Shown here piece after piece: positions 24,277 through 37,069 of a stretch of 64,000 bases of DNA; the first letter of the stretch is position 1; each line of letters begins with the position of its first letter. Under the pieces are notes generated by a model, which worked only from the letters and a program-made list of their open reading frames with translations, was not told the origin of the DNA and made no database searches. The stretch comes from Heterodontus francisci (lineage: Eukaryota). The stretch spans positions 14,198,248 through 14,262,247 of the forward strand of contig NC_090418.1 of NCBI RefSeq assembly GCF_036365525.1. The letters run 5' to 3'. The position numbers and the translations under genes were made by a program.

Positions 24277-24856
24277 GTGAGGTATCAGCTGGGAAGGTGA
24301 GTTTCAGCTTCAAGTAAATTACCTTTTGTTTTAGCGGACCAGGCGACTGCTGGGTAAGTAAACCTACATATTTGGGCCGTTTAAAATAACTTACCTTTTG
24401 GTGCAGCAGCTTTTTCTGAAGCAGCGCTAGTGCGAGCGAGGTATCAGCTGGAAAGGTAAGTTTCAGCTTAAAGTAAATTACCTTTTGTTTCGACGGACCA
24501 GGGGACAGCTGGGTAAGTAAACCTATATATTTGGGCAGTTTAAAATAACTTACCTTTTGTTGCAGCAGCTTTTTCTGAAGCAGCGATAGTGCGAGCGAGG
24601 TATCAGCTGGGAAGGTGAGTTTCAGTTTAAAGTAAATTACCTTTTGTTTCGGCGGACCAGGGGACTGCTGGGTAGGTAAAACTATATATTTGGGCAGTTT
24701 AAAATAACTTACCTTTTGTTGCAGCAGCTTTTTCTGAAGCAGCAATAGTGCGAGCAAGGTTTCAGCTGGGAAGGTGAGTTTCAGCTTAAACTAAATTACC
24801 TATTGTTCGGCGGACCAGGGGACTGCTGGGTAAGTAAACCTATATATTTGGGCAGT
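24277..24856 (+). repeat. 159-bp tandem monomer array (~3.6 copies) forming the CR1 5' end
   Basis: gaggtatcagctgg recurs at 24279, 24438, 24597 and (variant) 24756. Confidence 0.95.
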
Positions 24857-27314
24857 GGCTAAACCCGAAACACTACAAGTGAAGTGTCTCCCACCCATCC
24901 TCCTCCTCTAAGCAAAAAAAAAGGACTCTTGTGTGGAGGGTTTGGTAAGGTAAGGTTTTCCTTTTTTTTAAATCTCTGTTGTCCATTTAGTGCGGAGGGG
25001 ATGGAAGCTAGGGCAATTGCATGCTCCTCTTGCAGGATGTGTGAGGTAAGGGTCACCACTTGTGTCCCTGCTGACTTCACCTGTGAGAAGTGCACCCAAC
25101 TCCAGCTCCTCGCAGACCGCGTTAGGGAACTGGAGCTGGAGCTGGATGAACTTCGGATCATTCAGGAGGCTGGGGGGGTGGTGGGTGGGTGTGGGGGGGG
25201 GTGATAGTGAGCAGTTATAGGGAAGTAGTGACACCTAAGTTACAGGATAAAGGTAGCTGGGTGACCGTCAGGGGAGGGAAAGGGAATAGGCGCACAGTGC
25301 AGGGATCCCCTGTGGCCGTTCCCCTCAATAATACGTATACCGTTCTGGATACGGTTGCGGGGGATGACCTACCAGAGGAAAACCACAGTGGCCAGGTCTC
25401 TGGCACTGAGCCTGGCTCAGTGGCTCAGAAGGGAAGGGGGGAGAATAGGAGAGCGATAGTGATAGGAGATTCAATGGTTAGAGGAACAGACAGGAGATTC
25501 TGTGGTCGCGAACGAGACTCCCAGATGGTATGTTGCCTCCCGCGTGCCAGGGTCAGGGATGTCTCGGATCGAGTCCAGAGGATTATTAAGGGGGAAGGGG
25601 AGCAGCCAGAGGTCGTGGTACATATCGGTACCAATGACATAGCCAGGAAAAGGTGTGAGGACCTGAAAAGCGAATATAGGGAGTTAGGTTGGAAGCTGAA
25701 AGGCAGGACGAGCAGAGTAGTAATCTCAGGATTGTTACCGGTGCCACGTGCTAGTGAGGCGAGAAACAGGGAGCGAGTGCAGCTGAACACGTGGCTGCAG
25801 AACTGGTGTAGGAGGAAGGGATTCTGATATGTGGATCATTGGGATACCTTCTGGGGTCGGTGGGACCTGTACAGGAAGGACGGGGTGCATCTGAACAGGA
25901 GGGGCAACAATATCCTGGGCGGGAGGTTTGCTAGAGCTCTTCGGGAGGGTTTAAACTAGCTTAGCAGGGGGATGGGAAACGGAGCCACGGATCAGTGGAT
26001 GGGGTAGCTGTTGAACAGGCAGATACAGAGTGCATAGTGTATGTAAGGAAGGTTGGACAGTTGACAGGGCAAAGTTGCAGCCAGTATGATTGGTTGAAGT
26101 GTGTCTATTTTAACGCAAGAAGTGTCAGGAATAAGGGTGATGAAATTAGAGCATGGATCAGTACTTGGAGCTACGATGTTGTGGCCATTACGGAGATTTG
26201 GATATCACAGGGGCATGAATGGATGTTGGATGTTCCTGGGTTTAGAAGTTTCAAAAGGAATAGGGAGGGAGGTAAAAGAGGTGGGGGAGTGGCATTGTTA
26301 ATCAGGGATAGTATCACAGCTGCAGAAAGGGAGGTCGTCGAGGAGGGTTTGTCTACTGAGTCATTATGGGTGGAAGTCAGAAACAGGAAAGGAGCAGTCA
26401 CTTTAGTGGGAGTTTTCTACAGACCCCTCAATAGCAGCAGAGACATGGAGGAACAGATCGGGAGGCAGATTTTGGAAAGGTGCAGAAGTAACAGGGTTGT
26501 TGTCATGGGTGACTTCAACTTCCCTATTATTGATTGGAACCTCCTTCGTGCAAACAGTTTGGATGGGGCAGTTTTTGTCAGGTTTGTCCAGGAAGGTTTC
26601 CTGACTCAATTGTAGATAGGCCGACTAGAGGGGAGACTATGTTGGATTTGGTGCGTGGCAACGAACCAGGCCAGGTGGCAGATCTCTCGGTGGGAGAGCA
26701 TTTCGGTGATAGTGATCACAGCTACCTGACCTTTACTATAGTCATGGAGAGGGACAGGAGCAGACGGGATGGGAAAATATTTAATTGGGGACGGGGAATT
26801 ACAATGCTATTAGGCACGAACTGGGGAGCATAAATTGGGAACAGATGTTCTCAGGGAAATGCACGACAGAAATGTGGAGGTTGTTTAGGGAGCAATTGCT
26901 GCGACTGCTGGATAGGTTTATCCCGATGAGGCAGGGAGGGAATGGTAGGGTGAAGGAACCTTGGATGACAAGAGATGTGGAACAGCTGGTCAAGAGGAAG
27001 ATTACTTAAGGTTGAGGAAGCAAGGATTAGTCAGGGCTCCAGAGGGTTACAAGGTAGCCAGGAAGGAACTGAAGAATGGACTTAGGAGAGCTATAAGGGG
27101 ACATGAAAAAGTCTTGGCGGGTTGGATTAAGGAAAGACCCAAGGCGTTCTACACTTACGTGTGGAACAAGAGGATGGCCAGAGTGAGGGTCGTGCTGATC
27201 AAGGATAGTGGAGGGAACTTGTGCCTGGAGTCGGAGGAGGTAGGGGAGGTCCTAAATGAATATTTTGCTTAAGTATTCACTGGTGAGAGGAACCTGATCG
27301 TTTGTGAGGACAGC

Positions 27315-28760
27315 GTGGAACAGGCTGATATGCTTGAACAAGTTGAGGTTAAGAGGGAGGATGTGCTAGAAATTTTGAATATGAGGATAGATAAGCCCCC
27401 GGGGCCAGACGGGATATACCCAAGGATATTATGGGAAATGAGGGAAGAGATGGCCGCGCCTTTGGCGATGATCTTTGCATCTTCACTGTTCACTGGAGTA
27501 GTACCGGATGATTGGAGGGTGGCAAATGTTGTTCCCTTGTTCAAGAAAGGGAATAGGGATAACCCTGGGAATTATAGACCAGTCAGTCTTACGTTGGTAG
27601 TGGGAAAATTATTGGAGAGGATTCTGAGAGACAGGATTTATGATTATTTGGAAAAGCATAGTTTGATTAGAGATAGTCAGCATGGCTTTGTGAGGGGCAG
27701 GTCATGCCTCACAAGCCTTATTGAATTCTTTGAAGATGTGACAAAACACATTGATGAAGGAAGAGCAGTGGATGTGGTGTATATGGATTTCAGCAAGGCC
27801 TTTGATAAGGTTCCCCATGGTAGGCTCATTCAGAAAGTAAGGAGGCATGGGATACAGGGAAAGGTGGCTGTCTGGATACAAAATTGGCTGGCCCATAGAA
27901 GTCAGAGGGTGGTTGTAGATGGAAAGTATTCAACATGGAGCTCGGTGACCAGTGGTGTTCCGCAGGGATCTGTTCTGGGACCTCTGCTCTTTGTGATTTT
28001 TATAAATGACTTGGATGAGGAAGTGGAAGGCTGGGTTAGCAAGTTTGCCGATGACACGAAGGTTGCTGGAGTTATGGATAGTGTGGAAGGCTGTTGTAGT
28101 TTGCAACGGGACATTGACAGGATGGATAGCTGGGCTGAGAAGTGGCAGGTGGTGTTCAACCTGGAAAAGTGTGAAGTGATTCATTTTGGAAGGTCGAATT
28201 TGAATGCAGAATACAGGCTTAAAGACAGGATTCTTGGTAGTGTGGAGGAACAGAGGGATCTTGGGGTCCATGTCCATAGATCGCTCAAAGTTGCCGCCCA
28301 AGTTGATAGGGTTGTTAAGAAGGCGTATGGTGTGTTGGCTTTCATTAACAGGGGTATTGAGTTTAAGAGCCACGAGGTTATGCTGCAGCTCTATAAGGCC
28401 CTGGTTCGACCACACTTGGAATATTGTGTTCAGTTCTGGTCGCCTCATTATCGTAAGGATGTGGAAGCTTTAGAGAGGGTGCAGAGGAGATTTACCAGGA
28501 TGCTGCCTGGACTGGAGGGCATGTCCTACGAAGAAAGATTGAGGGAGCTAGGGCTTTTCTCATTGGAGCAGAGAAGGAAGAGTGGTGACTTGATCGAGGG
28601 GTGCAAGATGATGACAGGCATAGATAGAGTGGATCGTCAGAGACTTTTTCCCAGGGTGGAATGGGCTGTCACCAGGGGGCATAATTTTAGTGTTATTGGA
28701 GGAAGGTTTCGGGGAGATGTCAGAGGTAGGTTCTTTACACAGAGAATGGTGGGTGCGTAG
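27315..28760 (+). pseudogene. CR1 ORF2 reverse transcriptase segment (longest open piece, 481 aa)
   Basis: Complete RT motifs, but separated from the APE domain by stops/frameshifts and ending in a premature stop. Confidence 0.85.
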
Positions 28761-29620
28761 AATGCACTGCCAGCGGTGGTAGAGAAGCAGATACATTAGG
28801 GGCATTTAAGCGACTCTTGGATAGCAGAATGAAGGGTTGGTAATTGCTTAGATCTTAGAGTAGGTTAAAGGTTCGGCACAACATCGTGGGCCGAAGGGCC
28901 TGTACTGTGCTGTACTGTTCTATGTTCTATGGAACCTCATGGCCAGGCATGTCCCCCACTCTACCATCACCACTAAGCCAGGAGACCAACCATGGTTCAA
29001 CGAAGAGTGCTTGAGGGCATGTCAGGAGCAGCACCAGGCATGCTTCAAAATGGGGTGGCAATCTGGTAAAGCTACAAAGCAGGAATACCTGTGCACCAGA
29101 CTGCTTAAGCAGCTTGCGACAGACAGAGCTAAGTGATCCCATGACACACGTATCAGATATAAGATCTGCAGTCCTGCTACATTCCGCCGTTAATGGTGGT
29201 GGACAATTAAACAACCAACTGGAGCAGGTGCCTCCACAAAAGTCCCCATCTTCAATGATGGGGGAGCCCAGAACATCAGTGCAGAAGATAACACTGAAGC
29301 ATTTGCAACAAACTTCAGCCAGAAGTGCAGAGTTGATAATCCATCTCGGCCTCCTCCTTAAGTCGCCAGCATTACAGATGCCAGACTTCATCCAATTCGA
29401 TTCCCTCTGCATGATATCAAGAAACGACTAAGGCACTGGACACTGCAAAGGCTACCAGCCTGACAATATTCTGGCAATAGTCCTGAAGATCTGTGCTGCA
29501 GACGTTGCTGCACCCCAGCCAGGCTGTTCCACTACAGCTACAACACTGCAATCTAACCGGCAATGTCCTGTACACAAAATGCACGACAATTCTAACCCAG
29601 CCAAATACCGACCAATCAGT

Positions 29621-31045
29621 AATAAAACAAGAAATGCTTGAACCACTCAGCAGGTCTGGCAGCATCTGTGAAAAGAGAAGCAGAGTTAACATTTTGGGTC
29701 AGTGACCCTTCATCGGAACTGACAAATATTAGAAAAGTCACAGGTTATAAGCAACTGAGGTGGGGGTGGGGCAAGAGATAACAAAGGAGGTCTAGATTGG
29801 ACCAGGCCACATAGCTGACCAAAAGATCACGGAGCAAAGGCAAACAATATGTTAATGGTATGTTGAAAGACGAAGCATTAGTGCAGATTAGGTGTTAATA
29901 CACTGAATATTGAACAGCAGCAAGTGCAAACCTGAAAAAAAACAACAGTGTGTAAGTAAACTGAACAAACTAAGATGAAATGAAATAAATGCAAAAAGAG
30001 ATTGTAAAACATGTAAAAAAGAATGTAAAAAAAAAGGAATAAAAAGATAACTAAAAATGAAAGTAAAATGGGGGGCTGTCATGCTCTGAAATTATTGAAC
30101 TCAATGTTCTGTCCAGCAGGCTGCAGTGTGCCTAATCGGCAGATGAGATGCTGTTCCTCGAGCTTGCGTTGATGTTCACTGGAACACTGCAGCAATCCCA
30201 GGACAGACATGTGAGCATGAGAGCAGGGGGGGGTGTTGAAATGGCAAGCAACTGGAAGCTCAGGGTCCTGCTTGCGGACTGAGCTGAGATGTTCCTCAAA
30301 GCGGTCACCCAGTCTGCGCTTGGTCTCCCCAATGTAGAGGAGACCACACTGTGAGCAGCGAATACAGTATACGACGTTGAAAGAAGTACAAGTAAATCGC
30401 TGCTTCACCTGAAAGGAGTGTTTGGGGCCTGGGACAGTGAGGAGAGAGGAGGTAAATGTGCTGGTATTACACCTCCTGCGATTGCAGGGGAAGGTGCCAT
30501 GGGACGGGGACGAGGTGGTGGGTGTAATGGACGAGTGGACCAGGGAGTCGCGGAGGGAATGATCCCTTCAGAATGCTGACAGGGGAAGGGAGGGAAAGAT
30601 GCGACTGTTAGTGGCATCACGCTGGAGGTGGCGAAAATGGCGGAGGATGATCCTTTGGGTATGGAGGCTGATGGGGTGAAAAGTAAGGACAAGGGGAACC
30701 CTGTCATGGTTCTGGGAGGGAGGGGAAGGGGTGAGGGTAGAGGTGCGGGGAATGGGCCAGATACGGTTGAGGGCCCTTACAACCACAGTGGGGGGAAAAC
30801 CTCGGTTGAGGAAAAAGGAGATCATATTAGAGGCACCGTCATGGAGTGTAGCATCATCAGAGCAGATGCGACGGAGACGGAGAAACTGGGAGAATGGAAT
30901 GGAGTCCTTACAGGAGGTAGGGTGTGAAGAAGTGTAGTCGAGGTAGCTGTGGAAGTCGGTGGGCTTATAATGGATATTAGAGGACACCCTATCCCCAGAG
31001 ATGGAGACAGAGAAGTCAAGGAAGGGAAGGGAAGTGTCAGAGATG
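29621..31045 (-). mobile_element. 5'-truncated Penelope-like element (RT C-terminus + GIY-YIG)
   Basis: HYKPTDFHSYLDYTSSHP; VVYCIRCSQCGLLYIGETKR; 14-bp TSD ACCGACCAATCAGT at 29607 and 31046. Confidence 0.93.
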
Positions 31046-32747
31046 ACCGACCAATCAGTCTTCTCTCAACCATCAGTAAAGTGATGGAAGGTGCCCTCAA
31101 CAGTGCCATCAAGTGGCACTTGCTTCGCAATAACCTGCTCAGTGATGCTCAGTTTGGTGTCCACCAGGGCCATTCAGCTCCTGACCTCATTACAGCCTTG
31201 GTTCAAACACGGACAAAAGAGCAGAACTCAAGACGTGAGGTGAGAGTGACTGCCCTTGACATCAAGGCAGCATTTGACCGAGTATGGCATTAAGGAGCCC
31301 TAGCAAAGTGGTCAATGGGAATCAGGGGTGAGGGGAGGGGGAACACTTTGCTGGTCGGAGTCATAGCTCGCACACAGGACGATGGTTGTGTTTTTTTTTT
31401 GCAGATCAATCATCTGAACTGCAGGACATAACAGCAGGAGTTCCTCGGCGTAATGTCCCAGGCCCAATCATCTTCAGCTGTTTCATCAATGACTTTCCTT
31501 CAATCATAAGGTCAGAAGTGGGGATGTCAGCTGATAATGGCACAATGTTCAGCATCATTCACGGCTCCTCAAATACTGAACAAAGACTGGACAGTATCCA
31601 GGCTTGGGCTAATAAGTGGCAAGTGACATTCGTGTCACACAAGTATATTCTCCAACAACAGAGAAACAAACCATCTTCCCTTGAAATTCAATGGCATTAC
31701 TATTCCTGAATCGCCCATTATCAACATCCTAGGGGCTACCATTGACCAGAAACTGAACTGGAGTAGCCCTATAAATACCGTAGCTACAGGGAAGGTCAGA
31801 GGCAGAAATTGAACTGGAGTAGCCATATAAAAACCATATCTACAAGAGCAGGTCAGAGGCTAGGAATCCTGCGGCAAGTAACTCACCTCCTGACTCCCCA
31901 AAGCCTGTCCACCATCTACAAGGCGTAAGTCAGGAGTGTGATGGAATACTGTCCACTTGCCTGGATGGATGCTGCTCCAACAACACTCCAGAAGCTCGCT
32001 GGATTTACACACCAACTACAATTATTTACTCCATCCACCACTGATGCACGGTGGTAGCAGTGTGTACCATCTACAGGATGCACTGCAGCAATGCAACAAG
32101 GCTCCTTAGACAGTCCCTTCCAAACATGCGACCTCTATCAACTGGAAGGACAAAGGCAGCATATGCATGGGAACACCACCACTTGCAATTTCCACTTCAC
32201 GTCACTCACCATCCTGACTTGGAACTATATCGCCATTCCTTCACTGTCACTGGGTCAAAATCCTGGAACTCCCTTCCTAACAGCATTGTGGGTGTACCGA
32301 CCTCACATGGACTGCAAAGGTTCAAGAAGGCAGCTCACTACCTCCTCCTCAACGGAAAGTAGGGACGGGCAATATATGCTGGCCTAGCCAACGAAGCCCA
32401 CGTCCCACGAATGAATAAAAAGTCCCGATGAAGGGACTTTATCAATGCTTTTTTGAAAGTCCATATAAATGACATCCATAGACATCCCACTACTTTTGTC
32501 ACCTCTTCAAAAAATCCAATCAGCTTCGTCTAGGATGACCTAGCCTTTATAAATCCACGCTGGCTCCCTGATTAGCTGAAGAATTTCTAGTTGTTTAGTT
32601 GCCCTATCAACGAAGAACAAAGGACAAAGAACCTGTGCCGATCTTGATGCCTTCCTAAACTAAAACATTCTGCACTTCCCCTGCCCATATCCCTCTATTC
32701 CCTTCCTATTCATGTATTTGTCAAGATAACTCTTAAACGTCGCTATT

Positions 32748-33350
32748 CAGAAATTGAACTGGAGTAGCCGTATAAAAACCATATCTACAAGAGCAGATCA
32801 GTGGCTAGGAATCCTGCGGCGAGTAACTCACCTCCTCACTCCCCAAAGGCTGTCCACCAGCTACAAAGTACAAGTCAGGAGTGTAATAGAATACTCTGCA
32901 CTTGAAGCTCCAATAACACTCAACAAGCTCGACACCATCCAGGACAAAGCAACCTGTTTGATGGCACCGCATCCACGACCTTCAAGATTCACTCCCTGCA
33001 CCAGTGACACACAGTTGCAGCAGTGTGTATCATTTGCAAGATGCACTACAGCAACGCATCATGTCGTTAGACAGATCCTTCCAAAGCCGCCACTTCTACC
33101 ATCTTAAAGGACAAGAGAAGAAGGTGCATGCAAACACCACAACCTACAAGTTCCCTTCCATGCCACAAAACATCCTGACTCGGACGTATGTCGCTGGGTC
33201 AAAATCCTGGAAATCCCTTCCTAGTACCTACTCCACAGACTACAGCGGTTCAAGAAGGTGGCTTACCATCACATACTCAAGGGCAATTATAAATGGGCAA
33301 TAAATGTTGTCCTAGCCAGCTAAACCCAAATCCACTGAATGAAAAAAAAA
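32748..33350 (+). mobile_element. LINE-A 3' fragment
   Basis: NWSSRIKTISTRADQWLGILRR; tail gggcaataaatgttgtcctagccagc + A run. Confidence 0.85.
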
Positions 33351-34485
33351 ACAGCACAGGAACATGCCATTCAGCCCTCAAAGCCTGCGCCGATCTTGAT
33401 GCCTGCCTAAACTAACACCTTCTGCACTTTTGGGGGCCATATCCCTCAATTCCCTTCCAATACATATATTTGTCAAGATGTCTCTTAAACGTCGCTATCG
33501 TATTTGCTTCCAACACCTCCCTTGGCAGCAAGTTCCAGGCACTCAACTCCCTCTGTGTAAAAAACTTAACTCGCACATCCCCTCTAAACTTTTCCCCTCG
33601 CACCTTAAACCTATGTCCCCTAGTAACTGACTCTTCCACCCTGGGAAAAAGCTTCTGACTATCCACTCTGTCCATGCCGCTCATAACTTTGTAAACCTCT
33701 ATCATGTCGCCCCTCCACCTCCGTCGTTCCAGTGTAAACAATCCGAGTTTTTCCAACCTCTCCTCATAGCTAATGCCCTCCAGACCAGGCAAAATCCTGG
33801 TAAACCTCCTCTGTACCCTCTCCACAGCCTCCACGTCCTTCTGGTAGTGTGACCTAACTAAGGTTCTGTACAGCTGCAACATGACTTGCCAATTTTTATA
33901 CTCTATGCCCCTACCAATGAAGGCAAGCATGCCGTATGCCTTCTTGACTACCTTATCCACCTGTGTTGCCACTTTCAGTGACCTGTGGACCTGTAAGCCC
34001 AGATCTCTCTGCCCCTCAATACTCCTAAGGTTTCTGCCATTTACTGTATGCCTCCCACCTGCATTAATCCTTCCAAAATGCATTACCTCACATTTGTCCG
34101 GATTAAACTCCATCTGCCATTTCTCCACCCACGTCTCCACCGATCTATATCCTGCTGTATCCTCTGACAATCCTCATCATTATCCGCAACTCCACCAACC
34201 GTTGTGTCGTCCGCAAACTTACTAATCAGACCAGCTACATTTTCCTCCAAATCATTTATATCTACTGCAAACAACAAAGGTCCCTGCATTGATCCCTGCG
34301 GAACACCACTAGTCACATCCCTCCATTCAGTAAAACACCCTTCTACTGATACCCTCTGTCTTCTATGACTGAGCCAGTTCTGTATCCATCTTGCCAGCTC
34401 ACCTCTGATCCCGTGTGACTTCACCTTTTGTACCAGTCTGCCATGCGGATCTTTGTCAAAGGCTTTACTGAAGTTCATATAGATA
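33351..34485 (-). mobile_element. CR1 3' portion (same family as 53095-56737)
   Basis: FSKAFDK, PQGS, KFADDT, ERVQRRFTR, TRGH in minus translations. Confidence 0.9.
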
Positions 34486-34489
34486 AAAA

Positions 34490-36900
34490 TTTTAACAATT
34501 TCCAGTTAACAGATGTTAGGCACACAGGACTCCAATTCCTTGGTTTCCAACTGCCACATTACTGAAATAGCAGAGTGACTTGAACAGTTTTCCAATCTGA
34601 AGGGACGGTTCCCGATTCAAGATGATTTTGAAAGATTATTGTTAGGGCATCTGGAGTGTTTTCAACTACATCTTTATGAAAGCCTGGGATGAAAAGCATC
34701 TGGTCCTCGGGATTCATCACTCTTTAGTGCCATTGACTTTTCCGTTACTGTCATTTGCTTCTGTCAAAATTGGTGAGTCCCTGACCCTGATGCAATGTTA
34801 GTTTCTGTAGGATGTCAGGCATGCTGATTTCTTCCTCTACTGTCAATAATAATAGAAAGTAATTATTTACCATGTCCGCTATTTCCTTGCTCTTATTGAA
34901 AACAACACCGTTATTGGTTCTCAAGGGTCCCATTGTTAACCCGAAGATCGTCAGAAGCAATGTAATCAGAAATGTATTGGTAATGATTTTGATACGCCTT
35001 CCGTGTCTTTTTTTGCATGCTCCCTTTTTGTAGCTATTACTGTCTTTTTTGCCACTCTTTGTTGCTCTTTGCATACTTCCAATTCAGCAGGATCTGTGGA
35101 TTTAAAAATGCAAGTTTGAATGCATTTTCTTTCATGTTATATTGCTTCTTACGTCTTTCGCTGGCCTAGGCTGTATTTCTTGGAAAGGAGAGCTCTTGCT
35201 ATTAAAGGGCATAGGGCTGCTTCTTTATTGCCTTAAATTCGTTTTTGAATATATCCCACTGATCTCTCTATTTGCCAATCAACATTTTTCTTATTGTACT
35301 GTGAACAGTCTCTGGCTCATCCAAGTAAAGTGAACCTAACCTACATCAAGACTCTTGGTATCTGTTACACGTTTTTCCCTTTCAAACACTGTGCTGAACT
35401 CAATTATTCTGTTTTTGCTTTTCGATAAATGTTCAAATATCGTTAGGCTGTTAACTAAATATGGCCGATTACTCTTTACTAAATATAATATGGCCTGACC
35501 GCTTTCTGGCTGTAGGACCAACTGTCTCAGTAAAGCATTCCAGATACATTGAGAGGTTCACTGTCTTTCTGGCATCTTCTCCAGGGAAATTAGGGATGGG
35601 CAATAAATTCTGGCCTGGCCACTGATGCTCACATTCCATTAACAATTAAAAAAAAATACTCTCCTGTTTATCTCAACCCATATGCAAGTTAAAACCCCCA
35701 TTAAACATATTCCGTCTTCACTACATTTTTGTTTAATCCTTGTGTTTATATAAGGTACACTTCACAGATTTTTCCAAGGCATCTATACTCAACTGCCACT
35801 ACAGTCTTAAATAATTTCCTATTTCATGATTTTACCCACAAAGCATTCATTGCCTGATTACCTCTCGTTATATTCTCACTTAGCAATGAGGTGAATTTAC
35901 CCTTATTCATTAAGGCTGATCCTGCCCTTCTACAATTCTCCATATCTATACTATAGGTCTTGAAACCTCGTGCAATTAGTTTCAGTTCTGGCCGACTTGC
36001 AACCATGTTTCCAGAATAGGTATCATATCTTACCCTCAAAGTTGAATTTGTGCCTGCAGTTCATTCAATTATTCCCTTATATTACGTGCATTTGTATCAG
36101 GAACACTTATTTTGGCCTACACAACTTAACCAGTCATTCCGATCTAATGTTTAGTCCACACTTTTCCAATTTTAACCTGTTTAATTATTTTATATCATTT
36201 AGATAGTTCTTATAGTGGCTAAGGCACAGCTGCTGACTGCAATTCTACTTTATTCCCTTTGTTTGTTTGAAAATTATTATCCATCATATTGTTGGAGCAG
36301 ATACTTAGCCCATACATCCCTTTCGCCTGCCTATGTTTAAAGTCCATGTAAGCACCCAATTTATCTTTGTCGCAGGATCATCGGTCCTAGTGCAGTTGAG
36401 GTGGAGCCTGTTCACAGAAACATAGAAAACAGAGGCAGGAGTAGGCCATTCGGCCCTTCGGGCCTGCTCCGCTATTCAAAAAAGGTCATGGCTGATCATC
36501 TAATTCAGTACTCTGTTCCCGCTTTCTCCCCATAATCCTTGATCCCTTTGGCATTACGGAATCTATCTATCTCCTTTTTGGATATATTTATCCCAGTGCT
36601 GCTGCCAGGGATCCATGAAATTGGACTCAACCTTCCCACATCACGCCTTCAGCCACGCGTTCACCTCCCTAATCTGCTTATCCGTACACTAATTTGCATT
36701 TGATTCGTGTAATAATCAAGACATTATAACCTTTGAGGTCCGCTGATTTAATTTAATCCTAGATTCTGGTACACTCCAAAATAAGCCCTTTTCCCTTGCT
36801 TTCCTATGTTATTGCTCCCAACATGGTCCCACTCCAATATTCTTTCAAGTCAGTTCAGAATGCCATTCACTCTGGAACCAGGTTGGCAACAAGCTATGGG
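34490..36900 (-). mobile_element. Old, heavily decayed CR1 with small younger inserts (LINE-A tail ~35578-35655; CR1 tail ~36418-36590)
   Basis: Residual CR1-like phrases (GPL..EIADMVNNYF; ccaatccctcctg-type and ccctttcgcc remnants). Confidence 0.55.
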
Positions 36901-37069
36901 GTTTCTCAATATTTTTTACGAAGGATGCCATCTGTTCTCATAATTCGTGAATCCGCTACAGCTACCACATTCTGCCTCCATTGCTCTTTCTCCTGCTCAC
37001 CACTTTATCAGCCTTCTGCTCCAAGGCGACTTGGTCCGTATGCTGGCTGTCTTTCCGAGATTATTTTCT

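Larger units (their letters stand above)
24277..28931 (+). mobile_element. Full-length CR1 LINE (ORF1 zinc finger/leucine zipper + SGNH esterase; ORF2 APE-RT), inactivated
   Basis: ORF1 from ATG 25001 (CSSC..CEKC, LELELDEL, IGDSMV, HIGTND); ORF2 FNARS, GDFNFP, YRPVSL, PQGSVLGP, FADDTK; (TTCTATG) tail; several stops and frameshifts. Confidence 0.95.
22985..32421 (+). mobile_element. LINE-A copy 1 (tRNA-headed CR1-group APE-RT element), interrupted by CR1 (24277-28931) and PLE (29621-31045)
   Basis: Pieces 22985-24276, 28932-29620 and 31046-32421 join into head + APE (ELSHRLVKQQPDMVIL) + RT (RPISLLS, ALDIKAAFDRVWH) + tail; decayed. Confidence 0.88.

Noticed and set aside
24062-24757. 231-aa repetitive minus-strand ORF
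   Set aside because: By-product of the 159-bp (53-codon) monomer array; no ATG start and runs into antisense LINE-A sequence.
24277-24856. CRISPR-like array
   Set aside because: Eukaryotic DNA; whole units repeat with no unique spacers and no cas genes.
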